Assembly (NCBI GenBank): GCA_937899865.1
Contig: CALBRH010000060.1
Span: 18,933 to 82,932 of the forward strand
Direction: 5' to 3'
From: an uncultured euryarchaeote
GTDB lineage: Archaea > Thermoplasmatota > Poseidoniia > Poseidoniales > Poseidoniaceae
Length of the DNA stretch: 64,000 nt
Translations under genes and position numbers: made by a program
In this document: piece after piece, positions 19,718 through 28,966 of the stretch
Numbering within the stretch: position 1 is the first letter of the stretch
Layout: each line of letters starts with the position of its first letter
The notes under the pieces: model-generated
Seen by the model: only the letters and a program-made list of their open reading frames with translations
Told to the model about the DNA's origin: nothing
Databases searched by the model: none

Positions 19718-19990
19718 CTACTCTTCTTCATTAACTGGTGCGATTGGGCCACCGGCTAATTCAATTTCCTCTCTAAATGTATGGAGGATTCTTGGTTCTG
19801 TTGAAGTACGCGGGTCTATTTCTTCCACGGTATCAATTTGAATAGCGCGTCGCTTGGCTTTATGTCTCGAGCCAAGTATTGAGTAAGCTATGTGCTCAGC
19901 ATCGTCCTTAGATTCTGCTGGAAGGTCAAGACTGAACTTGTTTCTAACACTACCAAATGGTGCTATTCCGGATACTCGATATGCCTTCAT
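19718..19990 (-). CDS. rplX: 50S ribosomal protein LX (L18Ae/L20A family)
   Basis: MKAYRVSG...AYSILGSRHKAKRRAIQIDTVEEI; conserved gene context. Confidence 0.9.
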   Translation of the reverse strand: MKAYRVSGIAPFGSVRNKFSLDLPAESKDDAEHIAYSILGSRHKAKRRAIQIDTVEEIDPRTSTEPRILHTFREEIELAGGPIAPVNEEE

Positions 19991-20083
19991 CGAGTCGCCG
20001 ACTTACATGGTTGGTTTAAACTTCCCGTCGCGACAAAATGGTTGTTTTCTTGCGAGAGATTGACTAATATTGAGGTTTTGAGC

Positions 20084-23000
20084 ATGTTCATGCGGGGGGT
20101 TGTTTTGTGTATTTTGATGGCGCTTGCACCTTTTGCTAGTGCTATTTCCTTGCCGCCAGAAGTCATTGAAGAGATTGATGATGGGAAATGGTCCGAGGTT
20201 GTGATTATATCGCATTCTGAAGCATGGGATTTAGCAATGTGGAATGATGTCAAAAATGCTGGAGGCCACCCTATTAGAACGCTCAATAGCCATGAGTTGT
20301 TAGTTTGGCAAAAATCTGATTTGAATCTTGACTCACTATTCTCTACAGTTCAATCCAAAGACGCTGAATGGAAGTCGGATGTTAAATTCAATCGTGGCGA
20401 TTATGAAGAAATCAAAATTTTATTCGAACCAAGATTGCCGGTTGAAGCATATTCTCAAATTCAAAATGATTTGAGTTTGGTTGGAATTAATGCCCCTGAA
20501 TTATCTTCATTGCCGTACTCTGTAATGCCGCACAAAATTATCGTAGACTTGTCTGATTCGATTCACTTTGATGCAATCAGTAAAATTCCTGGCATTTTGT
20601 GGATTGAGCCAGTCTTATCTGCTGAAGGACGTAATTTAGTCGCATCAGCATATCTTAGCGATGGTGATGTTACAACACAACCTCATTGGGATTTTGGATT
20701 GAATGGTGAAGGTGTGGTTTTGGGTATTGCTGATAGTGGGCTTGATGTTGATCACTCTTGTTTTAGGAATGGGAGTGATTCAATCGGCGAGTTTGGTAGC
20801 ACTCATAGGAAGGTTTTGATTAGTAACATAAGTCTTGATGACGGGGATAACCCTGGAGAAACTGACTATCGTCACGGAACTCATGTTGCCGGTTCGCTTG
20901 TCTGCCATGATGTTTACAATTTCCTAAATGATGAAGAGCCGATAAATGGAACCACTATGTCATATGGTGCGCAATTGGTTTTCCAAGACATTGTTTCAAA
21001 TGAAGGTTGGATTCCACCAGAAAATATTACTGAATTATTATTGGAAAATACGCTATCGGGAGGGGTTATTCACTCAAACTCATGGGGCGATGATACCACT
21101 GCTTACACCGATAGAACCGCTGATTTTGACTTGTGGGCAATTGAAGTTCCTTGGTCTCTAGCCTTTATTGCCCCTGGTAATACTGGTGGACAATTATTAG
21201 AGCCATCAAATGGGCGCAATGTCGTTGCAATTGGCGCTTCAACAAAGTCTGCAACGCCTGAGATGTGGCAATCGTCATCAGTTGGCCCAACTGAACTTGG
21301 AACGTTTGGTATTTTTGCGGTAGCGCCTGGGGTTTCAATTAATTCGGCTAAAGCTGATGGTTTTGATGATTCTATGAATAATGCACTAAGGTCTTCCAGC
21401 GGCACCAGTATGGCCACTCCTATTGCTGCTTCATTCAGTGGGATTGTACAACAAATGGTCGAGCAAGGTTGGATTTTAAGTTCTAACGAAGAGACTACAG
21501 AACACAATCTATCAGATATCAAACCTTCTTGGTCTTCTTTGCCAAATGAAACGATAAGTCTAGGAGAGGGATTTACTCCTTCAGGGCTTTTACTAAAATC
21601 ACTACTTGTTTTAGCAACTCAAGATATTGTTGAAAACGAGCAGTATTTCTTGAGAAATAATGACTCTGGTTGGGGAGTGTTAGACCTATCTAAATTGATT
21701 GATTTTGAAGACTTAGAAGCGTCTCTTGGGGAAGAAAATCTTACCCCAACCACAAACATTTGGATTCATGACAGTTACCGAAACTCGTTCGATGTAACAG
21801 AATGGTTAATGCAGCGATTTAATTCCAGTAATACATCAAATATTGAAGATAGTGTTTGGAATGGTGTTGGTGCTGAAGGACCATTTTTACAGTCTGGAGA
21901 AAGTTGGACAAAACGCCTAGTGCCAAATCAAAATGAAGACTTGGAAATCGTAATGTCTTTTCCAGCCAAACCAGAACCGTTTATTGTCGATGATCTAAGA
22001 CTAGTTGTAACATTATCTAATGGATATATTGCAACTGGACAGGTTTACGATCCTGATGGATACTCATCGCTATTTAGCAATGAAAGTTTCAACGTTACTC
22101 AAATTCAGAAATCCAACGAAACAAGTGTTGCTGTGAAAATCTCAATGCTTGATTTAACAGATGTTGAATGGATTGATATTGAAATTCAAGCCAACTATAT
22201 TTCTCCTGGAAATAGCCCGGGGGGTGTTGGTGTAGATGGTGACCGTACGGGATTTGCATTGGCTGCAAAGGGTGTAATTAGAGATTCCATTAATTGGGAG
22301 GATTCGGATGGAGATGGGTTGCCAAATGCTGTTGATTTGTGTCCAAATCAAAATCCACAATCATATGATTCAAACATGGATGGTTGCCCAGATGATAGTG
22401 ATGATGATGGTGTTATCGATCAATATGACTTATGTCCAAGCATCAATGCTCAGGGGTTTGATAATGATTTGAACGGTTGTATAGATGATTCGGATAATGA
22501 TGGAGTTGGGGATGATATAGATGTGTGTGTAACAGAAATTATCGACATAAATTATCCTGTTGACCTTCAAGGATGTCGGCCGGTAGATTCGCCTATAATG
22601 ATTGCAGAAACGGAAATTATTGGTTTGGAAAATAGTATCTGGGCTTCCACTTTAGAAGTTCGTTGGGAGATTAATGATGCAGATTTCGACCCCTATCTTA
22701 CCGGTTCAAGAATAATGATTAATCAAAGTGATAATAATTCATTCTTCCCTATTGTAACATGTACAGCTGAAGATATCGAAATAATCGATAATACTCATAT
22801 TTGTATTTGGAATGCAGTAGAAGATTTGCCAATATTTGATGTTACAGGCTATGGAATGCATGTACAATTTTTTGCTCAAAGCCTAAACGCTTCACCAGAG
22901 AGTAATAATGAAATTATTTATCTTGATTCGGAATTATATTTCTCTTCAAATCGTGGAATAAATATGGAAATTATTCAAGATAAGGATAGCCATGGTTCTG

Positions 23001-23158
23001 CGAGTGTAATTCGTTCAATTGGCTGGGGAATAATTACTATTTTTTCTATCGCACTTATTTGTCGGAAATTATGGTCTGTAATTCAAGAAGATGGGGGAGA
23101 AATTAAAAATAAACGATTTTTTACTGCGAACCCTTTTGTTGATGTTGAAAACGAATGA
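20084..23158 (+). CDS. Secreted S8 subtilisin-like serine peptidase with thrombospondin type-3 repeats and C-terminal TM
   Basis: Catalytic triad GIADSGLD, HGTHVAG, GTSMATP; DSDGDGLPNAVDLCP-type repeats; start moved to ATG 20084 (signal peptide) because the ORF-track start overlaps rplX. Confidence 0.92.
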   Translation: MFMRGVVLCILMALAPFASAISLPPEVIEEIDDGKWSEVVIISHSEAWDLAMWNDVKNAGGHPIRTLNSHELLVWQKSDLNLDSLFSTVQSKDAEWKSDVKFNRGDYEEIKILFEPRLPVEAYSQIQNDLSLVGINAPELSSLPYSVMPHKIIVDLSDSIHFDAISKIPGILWIEPVLSAEGRNLVASAYLSDGDVTTQPHWDFGLNGEGVVLGIADSGLDVDHSCFRNGSDSIGEFGSTHRKVLISNISLDDGDNPGETDYRHGTHVAGSLVCHDVYNFLNDEEPINGTTMSYGAQLVFQDIVSNEGWIPPENITELLLENTLSGGVIHSNSWGDDTTAYTDRTADFDLWAIEVPWSLAFIAPGNTGGQLLEPSNGRNVVAIGASTKSATPEMWQSSSVGPTELGTFGIFAVAPGVSINSAKADGFDDSMNNALRSSSGTSMATPIAASFSGIVQQMVEQGWILSSNEETTEHNLSDIKPSWSSLPNETISLGEGFTPSGLLLKSLLVLATQDIVENEQYFLRNNDSGWGVLDLSKLIDFEDLEASLGEENLTPTTNIWIHDSYRNSFDVTEWLMQRFNSSNTSNIEDSVWNGVGAEGPFLQSGESWTKRLVPNQNEDLEIVMSFPAKPEPFIVDDLRLVVTLSNGYIATGQVYDPDGYSSLFSNESFNVTQIQKSNETSVAVKISMLDLTDVEWIDIEIQANYISPGNSPGGVGVDGDRTGFALAAKGVIRDSINWEDSDGDGLPNAVDLCPNQNPQSYDSNMDGCPDDSDDDGVIDQYDLCPSINAQGFDNDLNGCIDDSDNDGVGDDIDVCVTEIIDINYPVDLQGCRPVDSPIMIAETEIIGLENSIWASTLEVRWEINDADFDPYLTGSRIMINQSDNNSFFPIVTCTAEDIEIIDNTHICIWNAVEDLPIFDVTGYGMHVQFFAQSLNASPESNNEIIYLDSELYFSSNRGINMEIIQDKDSHGSASVIRSIGWGIITIFSIALICRKLWSVIQEDGGEIKNKRFFTANPFVDVENE

Positions 23159-23270
23159 CTGAAGGCGTTTTTTGGCTAATTTAGCAGGTTTTTAGCCGAG
23201 TCATGACAAGGTGAACCTTGAAGTTCAATGTCGTTTTGGCTTAGATATCCCCAAGCGGATGGTGAATGAA

Positions 23271-24275
23271 ATGAGTGACCGCCTTTATGTTGGAATTGAC
23301 CTAGGAACATACCAATCTACTATCTCTTCAAGTGCTGGTGCAAGCCACACAATTGAGACTATTGTAGGTAGACCGAAAGACCCAGTAGCAAGAAACTTTC
23401 TTGGACGTGATGTGCTATTTGGCAATGATGCTTTGAAAAATAAATTAGCATGTAATTTATATCGCCCAATGGCTGCTGGAGTTGCTCAAGATGATGAAGC
23501 AAATCTAGCTGCTGCTAAGGCTTTTGTTTCACATCTTCTCGAAACTGTTGACCCTGAAGAATTTGACGAAGTGTTTGGTGTGATTTGTTCCCCAAGTCAC
23601 GTTTCATTTACTGACAAGTCCAATCTCGTTGCTACCTTGAGAGGTCAAGTTAATGCAATTATGGTCGTTACAGAACCTTTTGCAACCGCTTATGGAATTG
23701 AAGAAATCGCTGGGTCAATTGTTGTTGATATCGGCGCAGGTACAACTGATATCGCCCGTATTCACGGAACTTTCCCGTCTGATGAAGATCAAGTCACCAT
23801 TCAAGAAGCAGGTGATTGGTTGGACTTGGCATTGATGGAATTAGTCCAGAAGAAGTATACCGGTGCTCAAGTTACCAAAGATATGGTTCGCCGATGGAAA
23901 GAAGCTTCCTCATATGTTGGTAAAGATGTCAAAGAAGTAATGGTTGAGTTATCTGTTGAAGGTAAAAAGCAAGTTGTTGATATCGGCGATCTAATCGTTG
24001 AGGCTTGTGAATCAATTGTACCTCTTGTTGCAGCTGCTATCAAAAAGATCGTTGCAACTGCTGACCCTGAATATCAACCAGTACTTAGAAACAACATCAT
24101 CCTATCTGGTGGCGGCTCATTGATTGATGGTATTGCAGCAAGAATGGCCGAAGAAATCTCAGATATTGGTGATGTCAATGTATGGTGTGTTGAAGATGCA
24201 ATAAACAGTGTAGCAAATGGTGCACTAAAACTTGCTAGTGAAATGCCAGACGACATGTACACTGCAATTAACTAA
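23271..24275 (+). CDS. Actin-family ATPase, MamK-like
   Basis: Phosphate-1 VGIDLGT, VTEPFA, phosphate-2 VDIGAGTTD, adenosine ILSGGGS; MamK-like segments GRPKD, HGTFPSDEDQVTIQEAG, DPEYQPVLRNNI; SD GGTGA before ATG 23271. Confidence 0.88.
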   Translation: MSDRLYVGIDLGTYQSTISSSAGASHTIETIVGRPKDPVARNFLGRDVLFGNDALKNKLACNLYRPMAAGVAQDDEANLAAAKAFVSHLLETVDPEEFDEVFGVICSPSHVSFTDKSNLVATLRGQVNAIMVVTEPFATAYGIEEIAGSIVVDIGAGTTDIARIHGTFPSDEDQVTIQEAGDWLDLALMELVQKKYTGAQVTKDMVRRWKEASSYVGKDVKEVMVELSVEGKKQVVDIGDLIVEACESIVPLVAAAIKKIVATADPEYQPVLRNNIILSGGGSLIDGIAARMAEEISDIGDVNVWCVEDAINSVANGALKLASEMPDDMYTAIN

Positions 24276-24292
24276 AGTAAGTTATGACTTTT

Positions 24293-24322
24293 TCAATAAG
24301 GTCGAAAATATGGCCTTATTGA
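24293..24322. other. Perfect 9-bp inverted repeat between the actin and coiled-coil genes
   Basis: TCAATAAGG-N12-CCTTATTGA. Confidence 0.6.
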
Positions 24323-24373
24323 CCTAATATTATTGGGAAAGTTCAAGAGTGGTTGATTACCGATAGGCGTCGT

Positions 24374-25639
24374 ATGACAGTCGGCTCCTCGTCGCCCAGC
24401 GGAATAAAACGTGTTGGTGACACCTCTTCTGAAGAACGAGCAGCATTGGAAGGAATGCTACAAGGATACCCTGTTGAACAACTTGTTGAAGAGGTATTGA
24501 TCGCTTGGGATGAGTTGGCAAAAAGAAATGATGAAATGGTATCTGTTAAGCAACGATTGCGAGTTTTGGAACTTGACCTTGCTGAAAGAGAAGACATGGT
24601 AGCGCCTGAAATCGCTCGAATGAATGATTTAGAGGCGGAATTAGAAGAACGTCGTAGCCAAATGGCCCATCTTGAAAGATTGTTATCAGATGCTAGACAA
24701 GATTTAGCCGCACAACAAGCCTCACTATCCAGTGAAGAAAAAACTCGGTTAGAAGATGAAGTTGAAGCGTTGAAGGGACTTACCTCTGAACAAGATGAGA
24801 TAATAGGTGAAATGGAAGGTCGCGTTTCTCAAATGGTTGAAGCATTAGAAAGAGCTGCTGATGCTGGATTAACATCAGTAACTGCTGATGAAGTTAGAAG
24901 TCTTAAATCTCAAGTTGACAATATGACAAAGCAGTATGAAGTGGAAGCTTCTGCTAACAAAGCATTAGAAGAAGAACGTCAAAGACTACGTGATATTGCT
25001 GATAGATTGCGTGGATTATTGGATGCTAGAGATAATCGTCTAACAGAACTTGAAGAACAATTAGAGCGGGTAATGCAAGGACCTCGTTCTGTTTCTGCTG
25101 AACATGACTACCTTGTTGAGCAAATTGAAGAATTAAAGCGTCGATTGTTAGAGAGAAATAGAGAATATGAATCTCTAAGAAGGAGAGAAAGGCGTCTTCA
25201 TAGTGATGTCTTTGAAAGAGATGAAAGAGTTCAACAAATGTCACTAACAATGAGTGATTTAGAGTCGGCTTTACAAGATAGAACTGCTGAATTGAGGGAG
25301 TTAGAAAGTATTAGAGAAACCATGTCTAATGAATTAGATTCAGTTAGAAGAGGAGAGCGTACAAGAGAAGTTGTCGGACGTGTCTTTGCTGATTCACTCT
25401 CTTTGGTGAGGGGGCATGATGAGCGAGAAATAAAGCGAGAAGCTTATGCTAACTCGCCAGATGTTGAAAGAAAGTTGTCCACGCCAGATTTGGAAGATAT
25501 GGCAAACCTTGCAGAAGGTGGACGAGTAGACCTTGATGTTGAAGAAACTGTAATTGAGCCTGGTATGGATGTAGACACTAATCGTCCTGCAGCCCCTGGA
25601 GGAAGTGGCGACCCCGTTATCTTCGAAGATGAAGATTAA
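24374..25639 (+). CDS. Long segmented coiled-coil protein (no ATPase motifs)
   Basis: Over 300 aa of E/R/L-rich heptads broken by short Gly/Pro linkers; unstructured head and acidic tail; ATG 24374 preferred. Confidence 0.85.
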   Translation: MTVGSSSPSGIKRVGDTSSEERAALEGMLQGYPVEQLVEEVLIAWDELAKRNDEMVSVKQRLRVLELDLAEREDMVAPEIARMNDLEAELEERRSQMAHLERLLSDARQDLAAQQASLSSEEKTRLEDEVEALKGLTSEQDEIIGEMEGRVSQMVEALERAADAGLTSVTADEVRSLKSQVDNMTKQYEVEASANKALEEERQRLRDIADRLRGLLDARDNRLTELEEQLERVMQGPRSVSAEHDYLVEQIEELKRRLLERNREYESLRRRERRLHSDVFERDERVQQMSLTMSDLESALQDRTAELRELESIRETMSNELDSVRRGERTREVVGRVFADSLSLVRGHDEREIKREAYANSPDVERKLSTPDLEDMANLAEGGRVDLDVEETVIEPGMDVDTNRPAAPGGSGDPVIFEDED

Positions 25640-26178
25640 TTGCCTTTTGAAAATGCTATCAGTTCATCAATCGATAGGTGATCAACCGTATCTTTACAGT
25701 AATGTGCTTTGACAACCTTGCCTTGTTCGTCAATCAAAATGTCTACAGGAATAATTGATAATTTAGATAGCGACATTGTTAGAGGAAAGTAGCCTTTCAA
25801 AGTTGCTTGCATGAAAGTAATTGGAGACCTCATGGCGCCCCACAAGAATTTTCCGAATGACTTGACCACAGAGTTTCTTTCAAAATGCTCGTATGATTCA
25901 TCTGCTACGATCATGAATGGTGCGTTGTGTTTTTTCATGCGTTTGGTTAATTCTCCTATTTTTGCATCAAACACTCCGACCATTACAGTATCTTTAGAAA
26001 ACTCATTCCATCGCTTAACTATTCTATTTATTCTAATGTTACAAAACGGGCATGTAGAGAATCTAAAAAACGTTAAGATTACTCTTTTTCCGAGATAATC
26101 ACTCATGTTGAAGGTTGTTCCATCGGTGGCTGGTAATGATATGTTAGGGGCTTCCGCACCGTTTACTAGTTTAGTCAT
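25636..26178 (-). CDS. AhpC/TSA-family redoxin (peroxiredoxin-like)
   Basis: APNISLPATDG, FFRFSTCPFC, IVADE, DILIDEQG. Confidence 0.82.
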   Translation of the reverse strand: MTKLVNGAEAPNISLPATDGTTFNMSDYLGKRVILTFFRFSTCPFCNIRINRIVKRWNEFSKDTVMVGVFDAKIGELTKRMKKHNAPFMIVADESYEHFERNSVVKSFGKFLWGAMRSPITFMQATLKGYFPLTMSLSKLSIIPVDILIDEQGKVVKAHYCKDTVDHLSIDELIAFSKGN

Positions 26179-26208
26179 AGTAGAGCCAAATTAGTTGGTG
26201 TTTTGAAA

Positions 26209-27021
26209 TTAATTATTCAATGCTGTACAAATGCTAGAAATTTTCTGGGCTAAATCTGTCAAATCGGTTGCGTCCTCAGTAAGTGTGCCAGTTACAATCC
26301 AATCTGCCCCAGCATCTGCAGCAGTTTTAGCTTGTTCTGACGTCCTTATTCCTCCACCAACAACAATTGTAAGTCCTTCCGTGGTGCTTGCTGATTCGAT
26401 TAATTGTGGATTTACTTGTTTGTCTGCGCCGCTGCCCGCCTCAAGGTAAAACAATTTGAAACCATACATGGCAGCCGTTAACGAGTAGGCTTTTACCAAA
26501 TCAATATCATCTGGCATTATCAAATCAGCACTGCCAACTTCTCCAACCTTACCGCCTGGGTGGCAAACCACATAACCAGTAGGTAAGGCATCTACGCCAA
26601 ATTTGTCTATGTATGGTGCACCCCTAACTTGTTCACCAACTAAGAATCTGCGATCGGTTGAATTCATCAACATCATGAAAGTAATCGCATCTGCAGCTGG
26701 TGAAAGTGCGTGAGAGCCCCCAGGAAACAAGACGACTGGCACTTTCCATTTTTCTTCATCACCGTCTGGCGATTGGCTAGCAGCAAAGGCTCGTAACTCG
26801 AGACCTTCTTGTATTGCAACACAAGTAGCGTGAACTATTTCATCTGGAGTATCTGTCGAGCCCCCGACAAAAATCATTGCTGAGCCTGATTCTATGGCAA
26901 CGCAGGCTCTATCAGCGGCAACTTGAGGTGATTGTTTATCTGGATCAATTAAGGTAACATGTCTTGTTGCACCCTTGGTATTAGTGACATAAGATAGGAT
27001 TGATTCCTCGTCTCGACGCAT
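26209..27021 (-). CDS. Geranylgeranylglyceryl phosphate synthase (GGGPS/PcrB family)
   Basis: TLIDPDK, IFVGGS, VVLFPG, LPTGY, FYLEAGSGA, VVGGGIR, WIVTGT; ATG at 27021. Confidence 0.92.
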   Translation of the reverse strand: MRRDEESILSYVTNTKGATRHVTLIDPDKQSPQVAADRACVAIESGSAMIFVGGSTDTPDEIVHATCVAIQEGLELRAFAASQSPDGDEEKWKVPVVLFPGGSHALSPAADAITFMMLMNSTDRRFLVGEQVRGAPYIDKFGVDALPTGYVVCHPGGKVGEVGSADLIMPDDIDLVKAYSLTAAMYGFKLFYLEAGSGADKQVNPQLIESASTTEGLTIVVGGGIRTSEQAKTAADAGADWIVTGTLTEDATDLTDLAQKISSICTALNN

Positions 27022-27125
27022 GCCAATCAATCACTGCTTCAACCTACATCGCATATTAGTTGCGGAGATTAAATTGGCTAATGGCCTAATCACATAGTTA
27101 TCAATGACTACCGTTTGGACTAACC

Positions 27126-28895
27126 ATGGGCGAAGTTGGTCCTTTCAGAAGACTATTGTCCCATATGAAAGACCATAGGAAGACTATCCGTCTTGCTTCA
27201 CTATGTTCTGTTACCAACAAAATTTGGGACTTAGCACCGCCTTTACTGATTGGTCTTGCAGTAGATGTTGTGGTGTTGAAAGAAGACTCGTTTCTAGCAA
27301 GTATGGGGTATAGTGATCCGTGGAATCAATTGATTTTGTTATCGGTTTTGACTTTTGCAATATGGGGGCTAGAGTCATTGTTTGAGTATTTTTATGGAGT
27401 TTTATGGCGAAATCTAGCACAAACTGTACAGCATGAATTAAGATTGGATACTTTCAATCATGTCCAGAAACAAGGAATGGGTTGGTTTGATGAGAGGCAG
27501 AAAGGAGATATCTTAGCGATATTAAATGATGATATCAACCAGTTAGAGCGATTTCTCGATAAAGGCGCTAATGATTTGCTGCAGGTTTCAACCACTGTAT
27601 TAGTAGTCGGCGCAATTTTCTTGTTTATTTCATGGGAAGTTGCATTATTTGCCATTATTCCAATTCCGCTAATTGTCTGGGGTTCGTTCAAATATCAACG
27701 AAGTCTTGAACCAAAATACGCTGATGTTAGAAATGCGGCTGGAAAAATGAATGCTTTATTGGAAAACGACTTATCTGGAATGTCTACTATCCAATCATTT
27801 ACCTCAGAAGAAATTGAAGTTGATAGAGTTAGAAATCTAAGTGATGATTATCGTGAAGCAAATAGAAAGGCTATTCGCCTATCTGCTGCATTTACTCCAT
27901 TAATTCGTATGGCAATACTTTGTGGATTTACTGCAACTTTGTTATTGGGTGGATGGTATACATTAGAGGGAGATTTAGCGGTTGGTGCTTATTCAGTTTT
28001 AGTTTTCATGACTCAAAGACTGCTTTGGCCATTGACCCGTCTTGGTGAAACATTTGACTTGTATCAAAGAGCGATGGCATCATCTACCAGAGTTTTAGAT
28101 GTATTAACATCTGAAATAGAAATTAGTGAAGGCGCTTTTACTCCAAAGAGAGATATGATTGAAAATAGTGAAATTGTTTTTGAAAATGTAGATTTTTCAT
28201 ATACTGGCAGAGAAAATACATTCTCAGATCTATCACTAACTCTTTCTGCCGGAAAAACCACTGGTATTGTCGGCTCTACTGGTGCTGGAAAAACTACTCT
28301 TACACGCTTGCTGCTTAGATTTGCTCAACCAAACTCTGGCAGAATAGTTTGGGCAGGAAAGGGTATTGATGAGTGGTCTTTGAAACATCTTCGCTCTTCA
28401 ATAGCTTTAGTTGAGCAACATATCACATTATTTCCAACATCGATTCTTGAAAATATAAGATACGGTGACGCTAATGCAACTGATGAAGAAGTGTATGAAG
28501 CGGCAAAGATTGCGGAAGTTAGTGAATTTGTCAACTCTCTACCGGAAAAATGGGATACTATGGTTGGTGAAGGCGGATACCGGTTATCTGGTGGCCAAAG
28601 GCAACGTTTGGCAATTGCTAGAGCAGTACTAAAGAATGCCCCGTTGCTTATCCTTGATGAGGCAACATCTGCGGTTGATAATGAAACTGAAGCCGCACTT
28701 CAAAGATCGATTGAATTGGTTGGTAAAGACAGAACTACTGTAATTATCGCTCACCGGCTGTCAACCATAAGGAGTGCAAATACGATTTTAGTTATGGATA
28801 ATGGGAAAATTGTCGAACGTGGAACTCATGATGATTTAATTCAAAAAGAGGGCATATACCAAAAGTTATGGAAGGTTCAAACGGGGGAAAAGTAG
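27126..28895 (+). CDS. ABC exporter, fused permease/ATP-binding protein
   Basis: Six TM helices; Walker A GSTGAGKT; LSGGQ; ILDEATS; IAHRLST. Confidence 0.95.
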   Translation: MGEVGPFRRLLSHMKDHRKTIRLASLCSVTNKIWDLAPPLLIGLAVDVVVLKEDSFLASMGYSDPWNQLILLSVLTFAIWGLESLFEYFYGVLWRNLAQTVQHELRLDTFNHVQKQGMGWFDERQKGDILAILNDDINQLERFLDKGANDLLQVSTTVLVVGAIFLFISWEVALFAIIPIPLIVWGSFKYQRSLEPKYADVRNAAGKMNALLENDLSGMSTIQSFTSEEIEVDRVRNLSDDYREANRKAIRLSAAFTPLIRMAILCGFTATLLLGGWYTLEGDLAVGAYSVLVFMTQRLLWPLTRLGETFDLYQRAMASSTRVLDVLTSEIEISEGAFTPKRDMIENSEIVFENVDFSYTGRENTFSDLSLTLSAGKTTGIVGSTGAGKTTLTRLLLRFAQPNSGRIVWAGKGIDEWSLKHLRSSIALVEQHITLFPTSILENIRYGDANATDEEVYEAAKIAEVSEFVNSLPEKWDTMVGEGGYRLSGGQRQRLAIARAVLKNAPLLILDEATSAVDNETEAALQRSIELVGKDRTTVIIAHRLSTIRSANTILVMDNGKIVERGTHDDLIQKEGIYQKLWKVQTGEK

Positions 28896-28937
28896 TTTTT
28901 TTTCGATAGTTAAAGAGATTAACACCGTTTTATAAGT

Positions 28938-28946
28938 ATTAAGTCG
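28938..28946 (+). promoter_or_regulatory. TATA box of proteorhodopsin, spaced for a leaderless transcript
   Basis: TTTTATAAG centred about 25 nt upstream of ATG 28967. Confidence 0.5.
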
Positions 28947-28966
28947 TCGAGGCCGGTTTGAGAAAT

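Noticed and set aside
19892-20083. N-terminal extension of the S8 peptidase in the ORF track
   Set aside because: Overlaps rplX on the opposite strand; the signal peptide begins at 20084/20090.
23271-25639. Magnetosome gene cluster
   Set aside because: No mamA/B/E/M/Q or other magnetosome genes; only the actin is MamK-like.
24374-25639. SMC/Rad50 chromosome segregation ATPase
   Set aside because: No Walker A/B, signature motif, hinge or zinc hook.
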